A stretch of 52,946 nucleotides of DNA from a virus (taxonomy: Duplodnaviria > Caudoviricetes), in the IMG/VR virus record IMGVR_UViG_3300020129_000041, positions 1 through 52,946 of that record, one strand, 5' to 3'. The notes under the pieces were generated by a model. That model searched no databases and had not been told where the DNA came from. It worked only from the letters and a program-made list of their open reading frames with translations. Position 1 is the stretch's first letter; every line of letters starts with the position of its first letter. This document shows positions 8,457 through 18,054 of this stretch, in pieces. Position numbers and translations under genes: made by a program.

Positions 8457-8752
8457 GGCGCCGGCCCGATGTAGGTCTGCACGACGGGGTCTTCGAGCTC
8501 GGCGATTGCCGCGCGCGCCCGCTTGATGTCATTGTCGATCGCGCTCGCGCAGTGCGAGCGGCCCGTAACTGGGTCTTTGCGAAACGGCCAGCAACGATCA
8601 AGCAAATACCAGCCGACGAGGCCCCAGCGATGGCCATGAGCCGCCGCCGTGCCGCAACGCGAGGATATCGTTACGCCCAGCGTACCGTAATGGAAGAACG
8701 CCTGCACGAAGGCGTCGAAGCCGATCGCGAGACGTAGGAGATATGCTGTCAT
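8453..8752 (-). CDS. hypothetical lysis-region protein
   Basis: TISSRCG...HC motif. Coupled ORF. Confidence 0.6.
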   Translation of the reverse strand: MTAYLLRLAIGFDAFVQAFFHYGTLGVTISSRCGTAAAHGHRWGLVGWYLLDRCWPFRKDPVTGRSHCASAIDNDIKRARAAIAELEDPVVQTYIGPAP

Positions 8753-9126
8753 CTCGATGCTGCCTTGGCCGCATCCCTGGCCTTAGCAAGCTCTGCGGCG
8801 GCTACGTCGAGCTTCTTCTGCCACAGCGCGCGCTCACCCACCTCGGCTTTGCTCAAGTTCTGATATCGCGCCTTGGTGTCGAGTCGGTCTACTTCGTCGC
8901 CAAGGCGCTCGGCCCGTAAGTTAATGTGGGCGACATCATGCCAGCCCTCGTCCCGGCGATAGTCACTCTTGAAAACGAACGTACCGACGACCCACCCGCC
9001 GAACCCACCGAGTAACGCTACGATGGTTAGGAGCGAGGCAATCGCCGCCAATGGGTGCTCGGCGAACGACAGGAAGCCGCGGCTCAGGTTCTCTTTGCGG
9101 GTTGCCGGCTTGCGAGGTTTGGTCAT
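8749..9126 (-). CDS. membrane protein with coiled coil (holin/antiholin candidate)
   Basis: One TM segment. Coupled ORF. Confidence 0.55.
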   Translation of the reverse strand: MTKPRKPATRKENLSRGFLSFAEHPLAAIASLLTIVALLGGFGGWVVGTFVFKSDYRRDEGWHDVAHINLRAERLGDEVDRLDTKARYQNLSKAEVGERALWQKKLDVAAAELAKARDAAKAASR

Positions 9127-9506
9127 TTGGTTAGTGTAGTCTTTTGCGGAACGTCCGGAGGCGCGGTCGGCAGCACGCCAGCGGGCGCCGTGCCCCCGGC
9201 CGGAACGGTCGCGGTATGACTGTCGCTCCAGATGAAGGCAGCGATTCCCGGCAGCACGGTTACGAAGATTGCGGCCGAGATCGCGGCTACGGCGGTACTA
9301 TACGCTGAGAGAATCTTGGTGAGCTCCTCCGAGCTTGGCCATGCCGTCCAGTACGCGCCGCCGGCGGCAGCGGTAACAATCGCAAGCAAGCCCCCATAGA
9401 TACGCATGGTGCGGAACAGGAAGACGTACCCCGCATTGACGGTCCCATCGGCATTCATAATCGCCGAGTGGTACAGCGCAACCGGATCGAAGCGCGGAGC
9501 GCTCAT
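9123..9506 (-). CDS. two-TM membrane protein (holin candidate)
   Basis: Start MSAPRFDP overlaps the endolysin stop. Two hydrophobic segments. Confidence 0.6.
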   Translation of the reverse strand: MSAPRFDPVALYHSAIMNADGTVNAGYVFLFRTMRIYGGLLAIVTAAAGGAYWTAWPSSEELTKILSAYSTAVAAISAAIFVTVLPGIAAFIWSDSHTATVPAGGTAPAGVLPTAPPDVPQKTTLTK

Positions 9507-10045
9507 GCGAGCGCCTGGTTGGCGAGCTTGAGGTACGCTACTCGCCGATCGAAGTGCGTCGCTGGAGCTGTCACCGACCCGTTTATCTTGAGCGTGATTC
9601 GCTCGAAGTTTCCGGCGTCGGCGAGGTTGTTTAGGTCGTTTGTTTGCCAGAACCATGCGCCTCCCTGGGCAGCGCCCCACGGTTGCTCGAGCAGTTCGGG
9701 CGTATCGAGCAATCGCAGATCGCCATAGACGGCGAGTGAACAAGCCTGATAGTTGGCGCGGCCCGTGACTTCGAGCAAGCCGCGGCCCGGGAACTTGATG
9801 CCATCGCCGGGTTGCGTGTTGCCGAGGTCTGCGCGGCCCTCGTACGCCGCTCCGCTCGCGATCTCCCGCACATACCTGAGCTCGCCGGATTCCTCCGCCA
9901 CTTGGGCGAGGAATGCGGCCTGCCGCGCTTTCGTCTGGTCGATACCGAAGGCGACTTGCGCGTCGTTGATCGGCGAGATCCACGTCGCGGCGCGGTCCTC
10001 GGTCAACGTCCGCATGATCGTGCGAAGCTGCGTCGTTGAGATCAT
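9503..10045 (-). CDS. endolysin, glycoside hydrolase family 19
   Basis: AAFLAQ..EES, YEGR.DLGN...GDG..F.GRG....TGR.NY, ING motifs. Confidence 0.9.
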   Translation of the reverse strand: MISTTQLRTIMRTLTEDRAATWISPINDAQVAFGIDQTKARQAAFLAQVAEESGELRYVREIASGAAYEGRADLGNTQPGDGIKFPGRGLLEVTGRANYQACSLAVYGDLRLLDTPELLEQPWGAAQGGAWFWQTNDLNNLADAGNFERITLKINGSVTAPATHFDRRVAYLKLANQALA

Positions 10046-10046
10046 G

Positions 10047-10592
10047 TCATTTCGTCGTCGTGGTCGTCGTGGGACGGGCCACTTCCGGCGGCACGTTAAT
10101 GATAATTGTCGGCGGAGTGACTGCCGCAGTTGATGGCGCTACGTGACTGCCTAGCACCGCGTAGGCTGTTATGAATACTCCGACCGCAGCGATCACCGCG
10201 AAGATATATTTCCACGTGTTGTCTACGCCGCCGCCGCGTCCACGTTGTTGAGATACAAACTCCTGAATCGGTTTCAGCGTTTCCTCGATCTTCGCCACCG
10301 ACGACGCAAGATCGTCCTTGGAGGAGTAAAAACCCCGCTCTTTACTGATCTGCTCGCGCAATTCGTTCGCCTTTTCGTCTTTGTATGTTTGAATCTCACG
10401 CGCCAGACCGAGCGCTGCGAGGTCCGCAGTTTCCTTGATCTTCAGCGCCTTCTCGCGCTCGACGCCAACCTCCATATAGCGTCGGTCGCGCTCAGTTTGC
10501 AATTTTTCCTCAGCCGTCCGCAGCGCCTCGTTATGTGCGGCATAGGTGTCGACGGTCCAACCGCTTACCTGCTTTTCGGTTTCTCCGCTCAT
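10047..10592 (-). CDS. coiled-coil protein with C-terminal TM
   Basis: GAGGTG RBS. TM YIFAVIAAVGVFITAYAVL. Confidence 0.65.
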   Translation of the reverse strand: MSGETEKQVSGWTVDTYAAHNEALRTAEEKLQTERDRRYMEVGVEREKALKIKETADLAALGLAREIQTYKDEKANELREQISKERGFYSSKDDLASSVAKIEETLKPIQEFVSQQRGRGGGVDNTWKYIFAVIAAVGVFITAYAVLGSHVAPSTAAVTPPTIIINVPPEVARPTTTTTTK

Positions 10593-10596
10593 GGTT

Positions 10597-11001
10597 TCAC
10601 CTCTTGCCATTCCTGATCGCCATATAAATATCCGCGTGCTCGCGGACCATCCGCGACTCGAATTCCTTCATCAGCGCGGAATCGGTTTCCAGTTTGCTAA
10701 TCCGTTCCTCGTTGATCTCCTGCCGGCGCCGAGTGTAGGACGCGTTAGCGCGGTCGACTTCGGCATCGTGCTTAAGTTGCTTGACTTCCTCGGCGAGTTG
10801 TGTCTGAGCATGGGCTTCGCTCCAAACAATTCCGCCGAACGTCGTACCGAGCACGATCCCTAACCCAATGATGGCCACGACCAGATGCCAGAGCTCGACC
10901 CTTATACCACCGCGAGCCGCCGCGACCATGCCGAGCAGCGGAAAATGCTCCGCAATCTTGTGCAAATGGCTTGCGCTGTCAGGGCCGAAAGGGTCACTCA
11001 T
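10597..11001 (-). CDS. membrane-anchored coiled-coil protein
   Basis: TM LVVAIIGLGIVLG followed by a charged helix. Confidence 0.6.
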   Translation of the reverse strand: MSDPFGPDSASHLHKIAEHFPLLGMVAAARGGIRVELWHLVVAIIGLGIVLGTTFGGIVWSEAHAQTQLAEEVKQLKHDAEVDRANASYTRRRQEINEERISKLETDSALMKEFESRMVREHADIYMAIRNGKR

Positions 11002-11744
11002 GAATTCGGGAAGGCGCCCGATGGAATGGAAAAGTTAGCCGCGTATCTCCCGACGCCGTTAGTCACGCGGAGGTCATCGAACTTACCTACGCATGAGCCT
11101 CCGCCATTGCCAGCGATCCCGAGCGACATTTGGTTCTGCACATAAGTATTGCTGTCAGTGAAATTTGAACCAACTTGCGTTCCGTTCACGAAAAGCCGCG
11201 TCGTGCCGCTGGCCCGACAAAGCGCGACGTGCTGGAATACTCCAGCCGTTATCGCCCCCGCCGCGCTGGTAATACGCGCGACGCCGTTGCCAACATATCG
11301 GATGGTTCCATCGTGTAGTCCGCCATCATTTAGATTTGGCACCCAAGCAGCAGTCAGTGACGAATCGCGCATATCGAAATAGATTTTCGTCGCATTGAAA
11401 TCATCGTTGAGCGTCGTCGGATTAACCCAGAATTCCACGGTCCAATCGCTGGTACTGAAGTTGTAGTCAGCGTGCGTCGCTCCTCTGAGCCCATTGCCGA
11501 TGCCAGAGTTAGGATTATTGAGACAAGCCGTTCCCCATTTTGGAGAACTAGTGGTAAGCAGTGACCCGAGGCTTCCGGTGTTCGCCAAAGTATTGCCGCG
11601 CGAGCACGAATTCGTGTAGGTCGTCGATCCGTTCGTGCCGTCGAAGTGCGCGAGCTGCACAACTGAGGAAAAGAACGGATCGTGAGCCAAGCCGCTGGAC
11701 TGAGCGACAGGGCCTGAGATCATCGGCCAGTAGATCAGGCTCAT
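10998..11744 (-). CDS. LamG/concanavalin A-like tail fibre or receptor-binding protein
   Basis: HFDG.NGST, DWTVEFW, QHVALCR, LFVNG, DDLRVTNG motifs. Confidence 0.8.
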   Translation of the reverse strand: MSLIYWPMISGPVAQSSGLAHDPFFSSVVQLAHFDGTNGSTTYTNSCSRGNTLANTGSLGSLLTTSSPKWGTACLNNPNSGIGNGLRGATHADYNFSTSDWTVEFWVNPTTLNDDFNATKIYFDMRDSSLTAAWVPNLNDGGLHDGTIRYVGNGVARITSAAGAITAGVFQHVALCRASGTTRLFVNGTQVGSNFTDSNTYVQNQMSLGIAGNGGGSCVGKFDDLRVTNGVGRYAANFSIPSGAFPNS

Positions 11745-12763
11745 GCGAGCGCCCCCGAAAGCACGAATGTGTTGGCAGCGTATGCGAATAGCGTTGCGGA
11801 GGCGTATTGCCCTGAGAGTTTGGTCAGAGCGCCCAGGGAGTTAACCGTCGTGCTACTAGGCGTGACGGTAACCTGGCCGGCGCCGAGTTGGACGAGCATA
11901 CAGCCAAAGTTCGCGCCCAGGCCAGTCGGCACGGTGAGTGTGATCGCGCTCGCATTGTTCAGTGTCACTGTGACGCCATTATCGCTCGTTAGCAGCGTAT
12001 AGCTCGTCCCTGTCTGCGCGTTCGTGCTCGCGGCCCAGTCGGTCCCATTTGTACCGTTCGTTCCATTGGTCCCGTTAGTTCCGTTTGTACCGTCAACCCC
12101 AGGCTGGCCGGCGACATTGATATCCCAATCGGTGTGCGTTCCGGTGCCCGAATTCTTATCCATTGTCGCGACAAGAGTCGTCCCGGAGTACGAGGTGACG
12201 ACGCCCTCCATCCATTCGGCCGTTCCTCTCGACGTTGCGCGGATTCTCGCGCCGACGGTGTAAGCAAGTCCGGACTGCGTCGTGAACGATTTGGAACCAG
12301 AACCTGCGGTCGCGAGGCTTGTGGTGCTGGTCGCGGTATAGCCTGCACCGTTTGTTCCGTTCGCCCCGGGGAGGCCAGCGCCCTGAGCCGTGCGCCAATC
12401 GTTATAGCTCGAAACGAACCCGCTCGCGGTCAGCACGTCGTAAAGAGCGACGGATCCAGCCGCGAGAGGACCCGGCCAGCTTCCAGGGATGCTCGTCGTC
12501 GTATGGACGACTCCGGACGTATCGACGTAGATGTAATTGGTCGTGTTATCGGTCAGCGTCAGCGTCCCATTGGCGATCTGTGTCGGCGTGCCAGAGACTT
12601 GCAGCGTGCCGCCGTAGTATCCCCAGACGAGGCCGATGCAGACGCTTGCGTGCCGCCCGAATCCGGTCGACGGAGATGCCGCATCGGTTGCGGCATTGAA
12701 AGTTACCTCCTTCGACCCTTGCGATTGGAGCATCGTATCCAGATTTGTCGTCGAATTCGCCAT
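11741..12763 (-). CDS. tail fibre protein with (GTN)n collagen-like linkers
   Basis: N-terminal Q..KEVT.N motif of GTA-type fibre adaptors. Thr/Ser/Gly-rich. Follows the tail tip. Confidence 0.75.
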   Translation of the reverse strand: MANSTTNLDTMLQSQGSKEVTFNAATDAASPSTGFGRHASVCIGLVWGYYGGTLQVSGTPTQIANGTLTLTDNTTNYIYVDTSGVVHTTTSIPGSWPGPLAAGSVALYDVLTASGFVSSYNDWRTAQGAGLPGANGTNGAGYTATSTTSLATAGSGSKSFTTQSGLAYTVGARIRATSRGTAEWMEGVVTSYSGTTLVATMDKNSGTGTHTDWDINVAGQPGVDGTNGTNGTNGTNGTNGTDWAASTNAQTGTSYTLLTSDNGVTVTLNNASAITLTVPTGLGANFGCMLVQLGAGQVTVTPSSTTVNSLGALTKLSGQYASATLFAYAANTFVLSGALA

Positions 12764-12766
12764 TGC

Positions 12767-15700
12767 TTAACTCGCTTTCAGCTTGAAACCGATGTTGGCG
12801 ATCATGCCGCTGACGCCATCGGTTGTGATCGTGATGTAATAAGTCGTGTTCGGCTGCAATTGCGGATTCGTCTGCGGGTTCGGCACGAAGCCGGTATAAG
12901 CCGCGACTGAGATTTCATTATTGCCCTCGGCGTGTGCGGTCGGCTGGATCGGCACCCCGCATGGCGAGAGCGAGAGCACATAGTTCCGCGGCGTCGGCGG
13001 TCCGCCGAATTCGACCGCGATAAACTGGAGCACGTAGTTACCCGGGCTCGCTCCGATCACGAACTTGAACACCCAAGCATCGCCGGGGCCGAAGTCGGAT
13101 GGCGAGAAGAACGAACCGCCGCCCGTGCCCCAAGTCACGTTTTGATTGGTGACCGTTCCGCCGCCCGTGCAACCGCCGCCCGTTGGCGGGGAAGGTGGCG
13201 GCAGCGTATTGAACGGCTGCACGGGATGCGCTGGCGCATCTACGAATGAGCCGGCGCCTGGGATCGCGGCATTCGTTTGCGCCCCAAGACCGAAAGTTCC
13301 AAGTTGCGCGATCGATACGTAGACCGTTTGCTGAATGCGCGTGAAGTCGGCGACCTGCATTGCATTCGTATAGGTGAACGCTGGCGAGGTCAGCCCAGTG
13401 ACGACTCGCGCGCAAGTACTAAACTTTGAGTCCCAGATTTGTAATACATAGAGCTCGGTCGGTTCCGATACCGGCACGTCAGTAAAGTCGGCCCATGCCC
13501 CGCCGACGCGCGTCCGGCGCGTAGCCTGTATCAATATATCGCCAGCCGCATTCGGCGCGCCGTGCAGCAACGTCGGCGAATAGGGGCGCAACGTGACGCC
13601 ATTGCACACGAAACTGATCGCCTGCGTAGAATCAAGGCTGGAACCTATGCTTACCGGTTTCCACGATCGCGACTGACCAAGGTCCGAGAAGATAAGCGGT
13701 GCGCTGACCGTGGATGGCAGGAGGATAAAACGCTCGCCGGAGACGTGCGTCACCATCTCGAACTCCGTGCCCCTTCGCCCGCGCAACAATCCGGATAGCT
13801 TATAGGTTAACGGCGCGGTCAGAACGGCGTTCTTGAACTGTATGATCTCGCTCCCGAGCAGCGCCATATTCGCACCGCCAAGCACCGCGAGTTCATTCTG
13901 ATTGTCAAGCGTCCCGCCGCCTGCTCCGATCAATACGCTGACGCTATTTAGCTCGTCGAACATATTGCCGCCAGCGAAATTGCCCAGCGCTGTCTGCGCT
14001 GTGCCTATGACCGATGCGGTGCGCAGCGCAGCATCTTGGGTATAGGTCTGGCCGCCGTCAACGGAGAGGTAAAGATTTGCGCCCTTCCACGTATCGTCTG
14101 CCGTACCCGCCATTGCGGCATAGATGCCGATGGATGGATCAGTATCGACTAGCAGCGGAATGTCGAGCGGTACTAGCAGCGTCGGTTGCGAGGAGCCAGA
14201 GGACGGCGGCGTACCGCTGCCGCTTGTTGCATTAGACGCGACCTCGGCGGTATAGAGCGCTGGAATCGAGCGCTTGCCATCGAATTCCACAATCCCGCGC
14301 GCGGTCAGCCTCTTGTTCTCGATTCGGATAATGTGGCCGTTCGCTGCCACGACGTCGGTCGGTCGCAGGTAAGCGTACTTGCGCGAGGTCTGAAACCTGA
14401 ACGCGTCCCGTTCGGCTATGGTGTCGTATAGGAGAACGTTCGCAATCTGCCGCGCTTTCTGGTCCGACATGGCGATCGCGAGCGACAAGTCCGCAACGGA
14501 CGTGCTGAGCGTGACCTGCCTTATCGCCTGCTGAACCCCTGGCTGGTACGCTGCCCCAGTGTTCATGTAATGAATATCGACCTCGGCCGACAGCTCTAAC
14601 TCCTGTGTTCGCGCGTGCTCGACCAACGGCCCAGGCTCGCTGCCGTACTCGACCGCTGCTAATTCATCATCTGGAATCGTTATGACCGGAGCCGCACCGC
14701 GATTCACGAAGACCGCTTTACCGTCGCTATCTACTGCATCAACGAAGTAGGCAGAGCGCAATTGATCCAAGTCTGAACGCGCGTCCGTGCGAGTGGAGAT
14801 GAGGTAGCCATCGACTACCTGCGTCAGAGCGCTTACATCTATATCGCCGGCCGAGAGTCCTACGCGCGTAGAAACGTCGCTGACTATTTCTGACAGCAGG
14901 ATCGTACCGGCGCCGATTATCCTAGAGAATAGCGCCATCGATGAACCCTGGATTACGCCGCAGTAGCCATCGGATGGGCTGCACATCGCCGCGTAGGGGA
15001 TACCGGTCTCGTTCGGATTGGTCATGAATGCGGCGGCACCAGTCGAGTCCCAATCGAGTATTCCGGTGTTCGGGTCGATCTTGAACACTGTAGCGATACC
15101 GACCTGTCCGCTATAGTTCGGTTCGCCCACTTTCGGGTTGTAACTGTTGTTGGCGCTGTAGCACCAAAGAAACTCGCCGTTATCCTCAAGCACATTGATG
15201 TTGAAACTGGCTTGCCCTGCGGTGCCGCTATCGTTTCTCAATGATTGCGAGGCGAGTCCTATTATGTTTAGGTTGCTGGCGATCGTTCCGGTCGATGTGA
15301 CCGTGCCATCGACGATCCGATACCATTTAGTCGGCCGACTTGCCTGAGAGATGAGGCTCGTCATTACGAGCAATATCTTGCCGTTCTGAGATAAGGCCGA
15401 GTGGGTGAAAAACTCAGCGGCCGGAACTCCAGCATCATTAGCGAAATTCTTGCCAGTCAATCCGGTCGAACCCGATAGGGATGCAGAACCGGAGCCGACC
15501 GCGCAGTTGGTCGTACTCGCCCCAATCAGGCCGCCTCCGCTCCCGCCGAAATCTCCAGAGCACCAGAGCGGAGTCGTGCTCGTATCGGCATAGACGTAAG
15601 TCCCGATCGGCTTCCAGCCAAAGTTAGACCCAGCAGATGTGACCGGGGCGACGACGGAATCGCCGATAACGTCGGCAGCGGCCTCTACGTAACTCGGATT

Positions 15701-16486
15701 AGCATAAATCCGAGTCGTCGCGCTAGGATAGGAACGGACGCGGATGTCGGAGTTGTCGAGCGACCAGTGCGTGATATACGGAAACTGATCGCCGAAATCG
15801 CTCCCGCCGCCGCCGACAGCGGAATAGCACCACTCATGCGGCGGATTGTTGTGATACTCGTGCAGCTTAAAAATCGGCGACTCTTGGCCGCCGACGGTAT
15901 AGACCAGGAAGCTAAGTTGCGGCAGAGTATTGCCGTACTTGCCCAAGTCCCAATCCGCGAATACGACCGCAGCGTCATCGCGGAACGCGGGCACATTGCC
16001 GACGCCTAATTCAGCCTCCATTGTGGGATCTGGGTTAGCGTTCTCGACGCCGAGATAGACAGTGACCGGGACGGAGCCGTTATCAATATTCGTATAGGTT
16101 CCGCTCACATCCCAGATTGCTTCCCCTGCGGCCCATATCGTCAGAATGCCAGCTATTGGACCCTTGCAAATCTTCACCGCGAAGGATGCGGTATAAGTGA
16201 AAGTCGTTACTTCCGGACCGCCCTTGCCGCCGGTCTTGTGCTCATGCTCCTTGAGATCAGTTTGCCAGACGACTTGTGGCGCTGCTGGAGACGGTCCGCC
16301 AATCCGAATCGTCCCGTAGGGTATCGGGATCATTTCTCCGTAATTCGATCCCTGCAACTTCAGATTCGACAGCCGCGGCCCGTCCTGCTTTCCTGGGAAT
16401 AGGAGATTGCCAATAAGCGAGCCTGCCAGCCATCCAAGCGGTCCGAAGAAGTAGGCGCCGATGCCGCCAAGGACCAGTGAAGCCAT
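12767..16486 (-). CDS. GTA-like tail tip / host-specificity protein
   Basis: YG..IP..YG..R, VPAFR, and EIIQF..A......Y.LSGLLRGRRGTE motifs. Follows the NlpC/P60 gene. Confidence 0.85.
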   Translation of the reverse strand: MASLVLGGIGAYFFGPLGWLAGSLIGNLLFPGKQDGPRLSNLKLQGSNYGEMIPIPYGTIRIGGPSPAAPQVVWQTDLKEHEHKTGGKGGPEVTTFTYTASFAVKICKGPIAGILTIWAAGEAIWDVSGTYTNIDNGSVPVTVYLGVENANPDPTMEAELGVGNVPAFRDDAAVVFADWDLGKYGNTLPQLSFLVYTVGGQESPIFKLHEYHNNPPHEWCYSAVGGGGSDFGDQFPYITHWSLDNSDIRVRSYPSATTRIYANPSYVEAAADVIGDSVVAPVTSAGSNFGWKPIGTYVYADTSTTPLWCSGDFGGSGGGLIGASTTNCAVGSGSASLSGSTGLTGKNFANDAGVPAAEFFTHSALSQNGKILLVMTSLISQASRPTKWYRIVDGTVTSTGTIASNLNIIGLASQSLRNDSGTAGQASFNINVLEDNGEFLWCYSANNSYNPKVGEPNYSGQVGIATVFKIDPNTGILDWDSTGAAAFMTNPNETGIPYAAMCSPSDGYCGVIQGSSMALFSRIIGAGTILLSEIVSDVSTRVGLSAGDIDVSALTQVVDGYLISTRTDARSDLDQLRSAYFVDAVDSDGKAVFVNRGAAPVITIPDDELAAVEYGSEPGPLVEHARTQELELSAEVDIHYMNTGAAYQPGVQQAIRQVTLSTSVADLSLAIAMSDQKARQIANVLLYDTIAERDAFRFQTSRKYAYLRPTDVVAANGHIIRIENKRLTARGIVEFDGKRSIPALYTAEVASNATSGSGTPPSSGSSQPTLLVPLDIPLLVDTDPSIGIYAAMAGTADDTWKGANLYLSVDGGQTYTQDAALRTASVIGTAQTALGNFAGGNMFDELNSVSVLIGAGGGTLDNQNELAVLGGANMALLGSEIIQFKNAVLTAPLTYKLSGLLRGRRGTEFEMVTHVSGERFILLPSTVSAPLIFSDLGQSRSWKPVSIGSSLDSTQAISFVCNGVTLRPYSPTLLHGAPNAAGDILIQATRRTRVGGAWADFTDVPVSEPTELYVLQIWDSKFSTCARVVTGLTSPAFTYTNAMQVADFTRIQQTVYVSIAQLGTFGLGAQTNAAIPGAGSFVDAPAHPVQPFNTLPPPSPPTGGGCTGGGTVTNQNVTWGTGGGSFFSPSDFGPGDAWVFKFVIGASPGNYVLQFIAVEFGGPPTPRNYVLSLSPCGVPIQPTAHAEGNNEISVAAYTGFVPNPQTNPQLQPNTTYYITITTDGVSGMIANIGFKLKAS

Positions 16487-16924
16487 CTATGCCACGCCTC
16501 GGAACGAGTAGGCGCGCATAAGACGCCAGAACGTCGCCGTCGCCCCGTTTTCGACGACGGCGCCAGCGCGCTGGTAACCGTGAATGACGTAACGCGGTTC
16601 GGTACGCGAGACGATCGCGAAATGCATCGGCTCCTTGGCGAATGTGTATTGCAGAATATCGCCAAGCTGCACGCACTCGAGCGGCAGTTCGTCCAGATAT
16701 TCGGAGCAGGCTGCGAGCAAGCGCTTGGGTTCGGGCTGCCGCGCATAGCCCCGAAAACGCGCATCAGCGAGCCATGCGGGGACTTCGGCGACGCCGAGCG
16801 CGCTCGCCACGCCGACGACAAGCCCGATGCAGTCGCAACCGACGCCCTTGAGTGCCTGACCGTGGTGGAAAGGCGTTCCCATCCAGGTGCGAGCTTCGGC
16901 AACGATTGCGCCGCGCTCGATCAT
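16487..16924 (-). CDS. NlpC/P60 tail-associated peptidase
   Basis: EARTWMGTPFHH, GCDCIGL, H..I and IH motifs. Confidence 0.9.
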   Translation of the reverse strand: MIERGAIVAEARTWMGTPFHHGQALKGVGCDCIGLVVGVASALGVAEVPAWLADARFRGYARQPEPKRLLAACSEYLDELPLECVQLGDILQYTFAKEPMHFAIVSRTEPRYVIHGYQRAGAVVENGATATFWRLMRAYSFRGVA

Positions 16925-18054
16925 TGCTTGCCCACCTGGATAATTTTGTCGATCCCAGGCAGATACGGCTCTCCCCGGAAGTTGACCGCGTTGCCGAAAC
17001 GATTTATGCAAGTCGAAATCGACTTATCGCAGCCAGCCACCATAGAGTAGGTATCGCCGATTGCGACGGTATACGGGAATGGGAGTTGGAGCGTCCACTG
17101 CCCTGGAACGTAGGATAGAACATCCGACCTAAAACCGTTCGATAGTCCACTCGTCATCGTCATGATGCCAAAGTCGAAATATCCGGACGCGCCGCCAAGT
17201 GGTGTCACGGTCCCACTGTTGGCGGTGTACGATCCGGAAAAGGCAGACGTATCTATGGCTAGGTCGAATACGTTGCCGGATAGATTGCGGATAACCGTGT
17301 TCGCGTTCAGCGTCGCGAAGTCGCCAGCAACGCATCCGGATATTGTGATCGGCTCGCCGGTCCTGAATGTCGCCCCGCTCGCGAGCGTGACGTGACCGGG
17401 GTTCGACTTGGATATAGCTGTAATGAGCACGCCGCCGGCCGGTCCCGGCTCCGTGCGCGCAGTGTCGCGCATAACCACTTGATCCGAGCCCGCATCAACG
17501 CCAGTAAGCGTCCCCGTTACCGTGAACGACGGCGAGCCGCCAATGAGGACAACCTTGCAGCGAGCATCGCCAAGATTGGCGCGGCAACCCGGCTGCGTGA
17601 GCTCGCCGAGCGTCGTCGAGTAGGCCTGCATGATCCCGCGAATCTCGGCAACGAATTGGCCGCGCTTGCTCGTTATCTCGCCGAGTTTCCAACCTGGGAC
17701 GCGCAAGCCGCCCATCGTCAGATCGGCCCAATTGATGATCGAGACGCGGACGCCAGCGTAATCCCATAGGCCAGCTTGCAAGTCGGCTTCAGTGATAGAC
17801 GGGCTTGTCAGGACGCCATCGTATTCAGCATTATCGACCTGCATTGCGCTACCACTAGCCGAGTCGCTTGTGATGTAGCTTACGGCCGCCTGATACGTCA
17901 CCGAGCCGCTGCCGTCGTCATAAACGATATCTTGGTCGTGATCGGTAAAGCCTAAGACCGTACCATCGACCCTAGCGACGCGAATGATCGTGCAAAGCGT
18001 CTGATACTGGCTCGCCAGGTGAGCCTTAAGCGCCGCGCTGATCGAAATCGTCAT
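16921..18054 (-). CDS. DUF2163 / BR0599-like baseplate hub protein with an inserted domain
   Basis: R.DG..LGFTDHD, C.A.LGD.RC, GCDK....C..RF.N..NFRG.P motifs. Confidence 0.9.
   Translation of the reverse strand: MTISISAALKAHLASQYQTLCTIIRVARVDGTVLGFTDHDQDIVYDDGSGSVTYQAAVSYITSDSASGSAMQVDNAEYDGVLTSPSITEADLQAGLWDYAGVRVSIINWADLTMGGLRVPGWKLGEITSKRGQFVAEIRGIMQAYSTTLGELTQPGCRANLGDARCKVVLIGGSPSFTVTGTLTGVDAGSDQVVMRDTARTEPGPAGGVLITAISKSNPGHVTLASGATFRTGEPITISGCVAGDFATLNANTVIRNLSGNVFDLAIDTSAFSGSYTANSGTVTPLGGASGYFDFGIMTMTSGLSNGFRSDVLSYVPGQWTLQLPFPYTVAIGDTYSMVAGCDKSISTCINRFGNAVNFRGEPYLPGIDKIIQVGKQ

Noticed and set aside
7194-9983. Long N-terminal extensions of ORFs 6711..7886 and 9123..9983
   Set aside because: Arg/Pro-rich shadow frames over real genes. 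Better starts exist at 7193/7046 and 9506.
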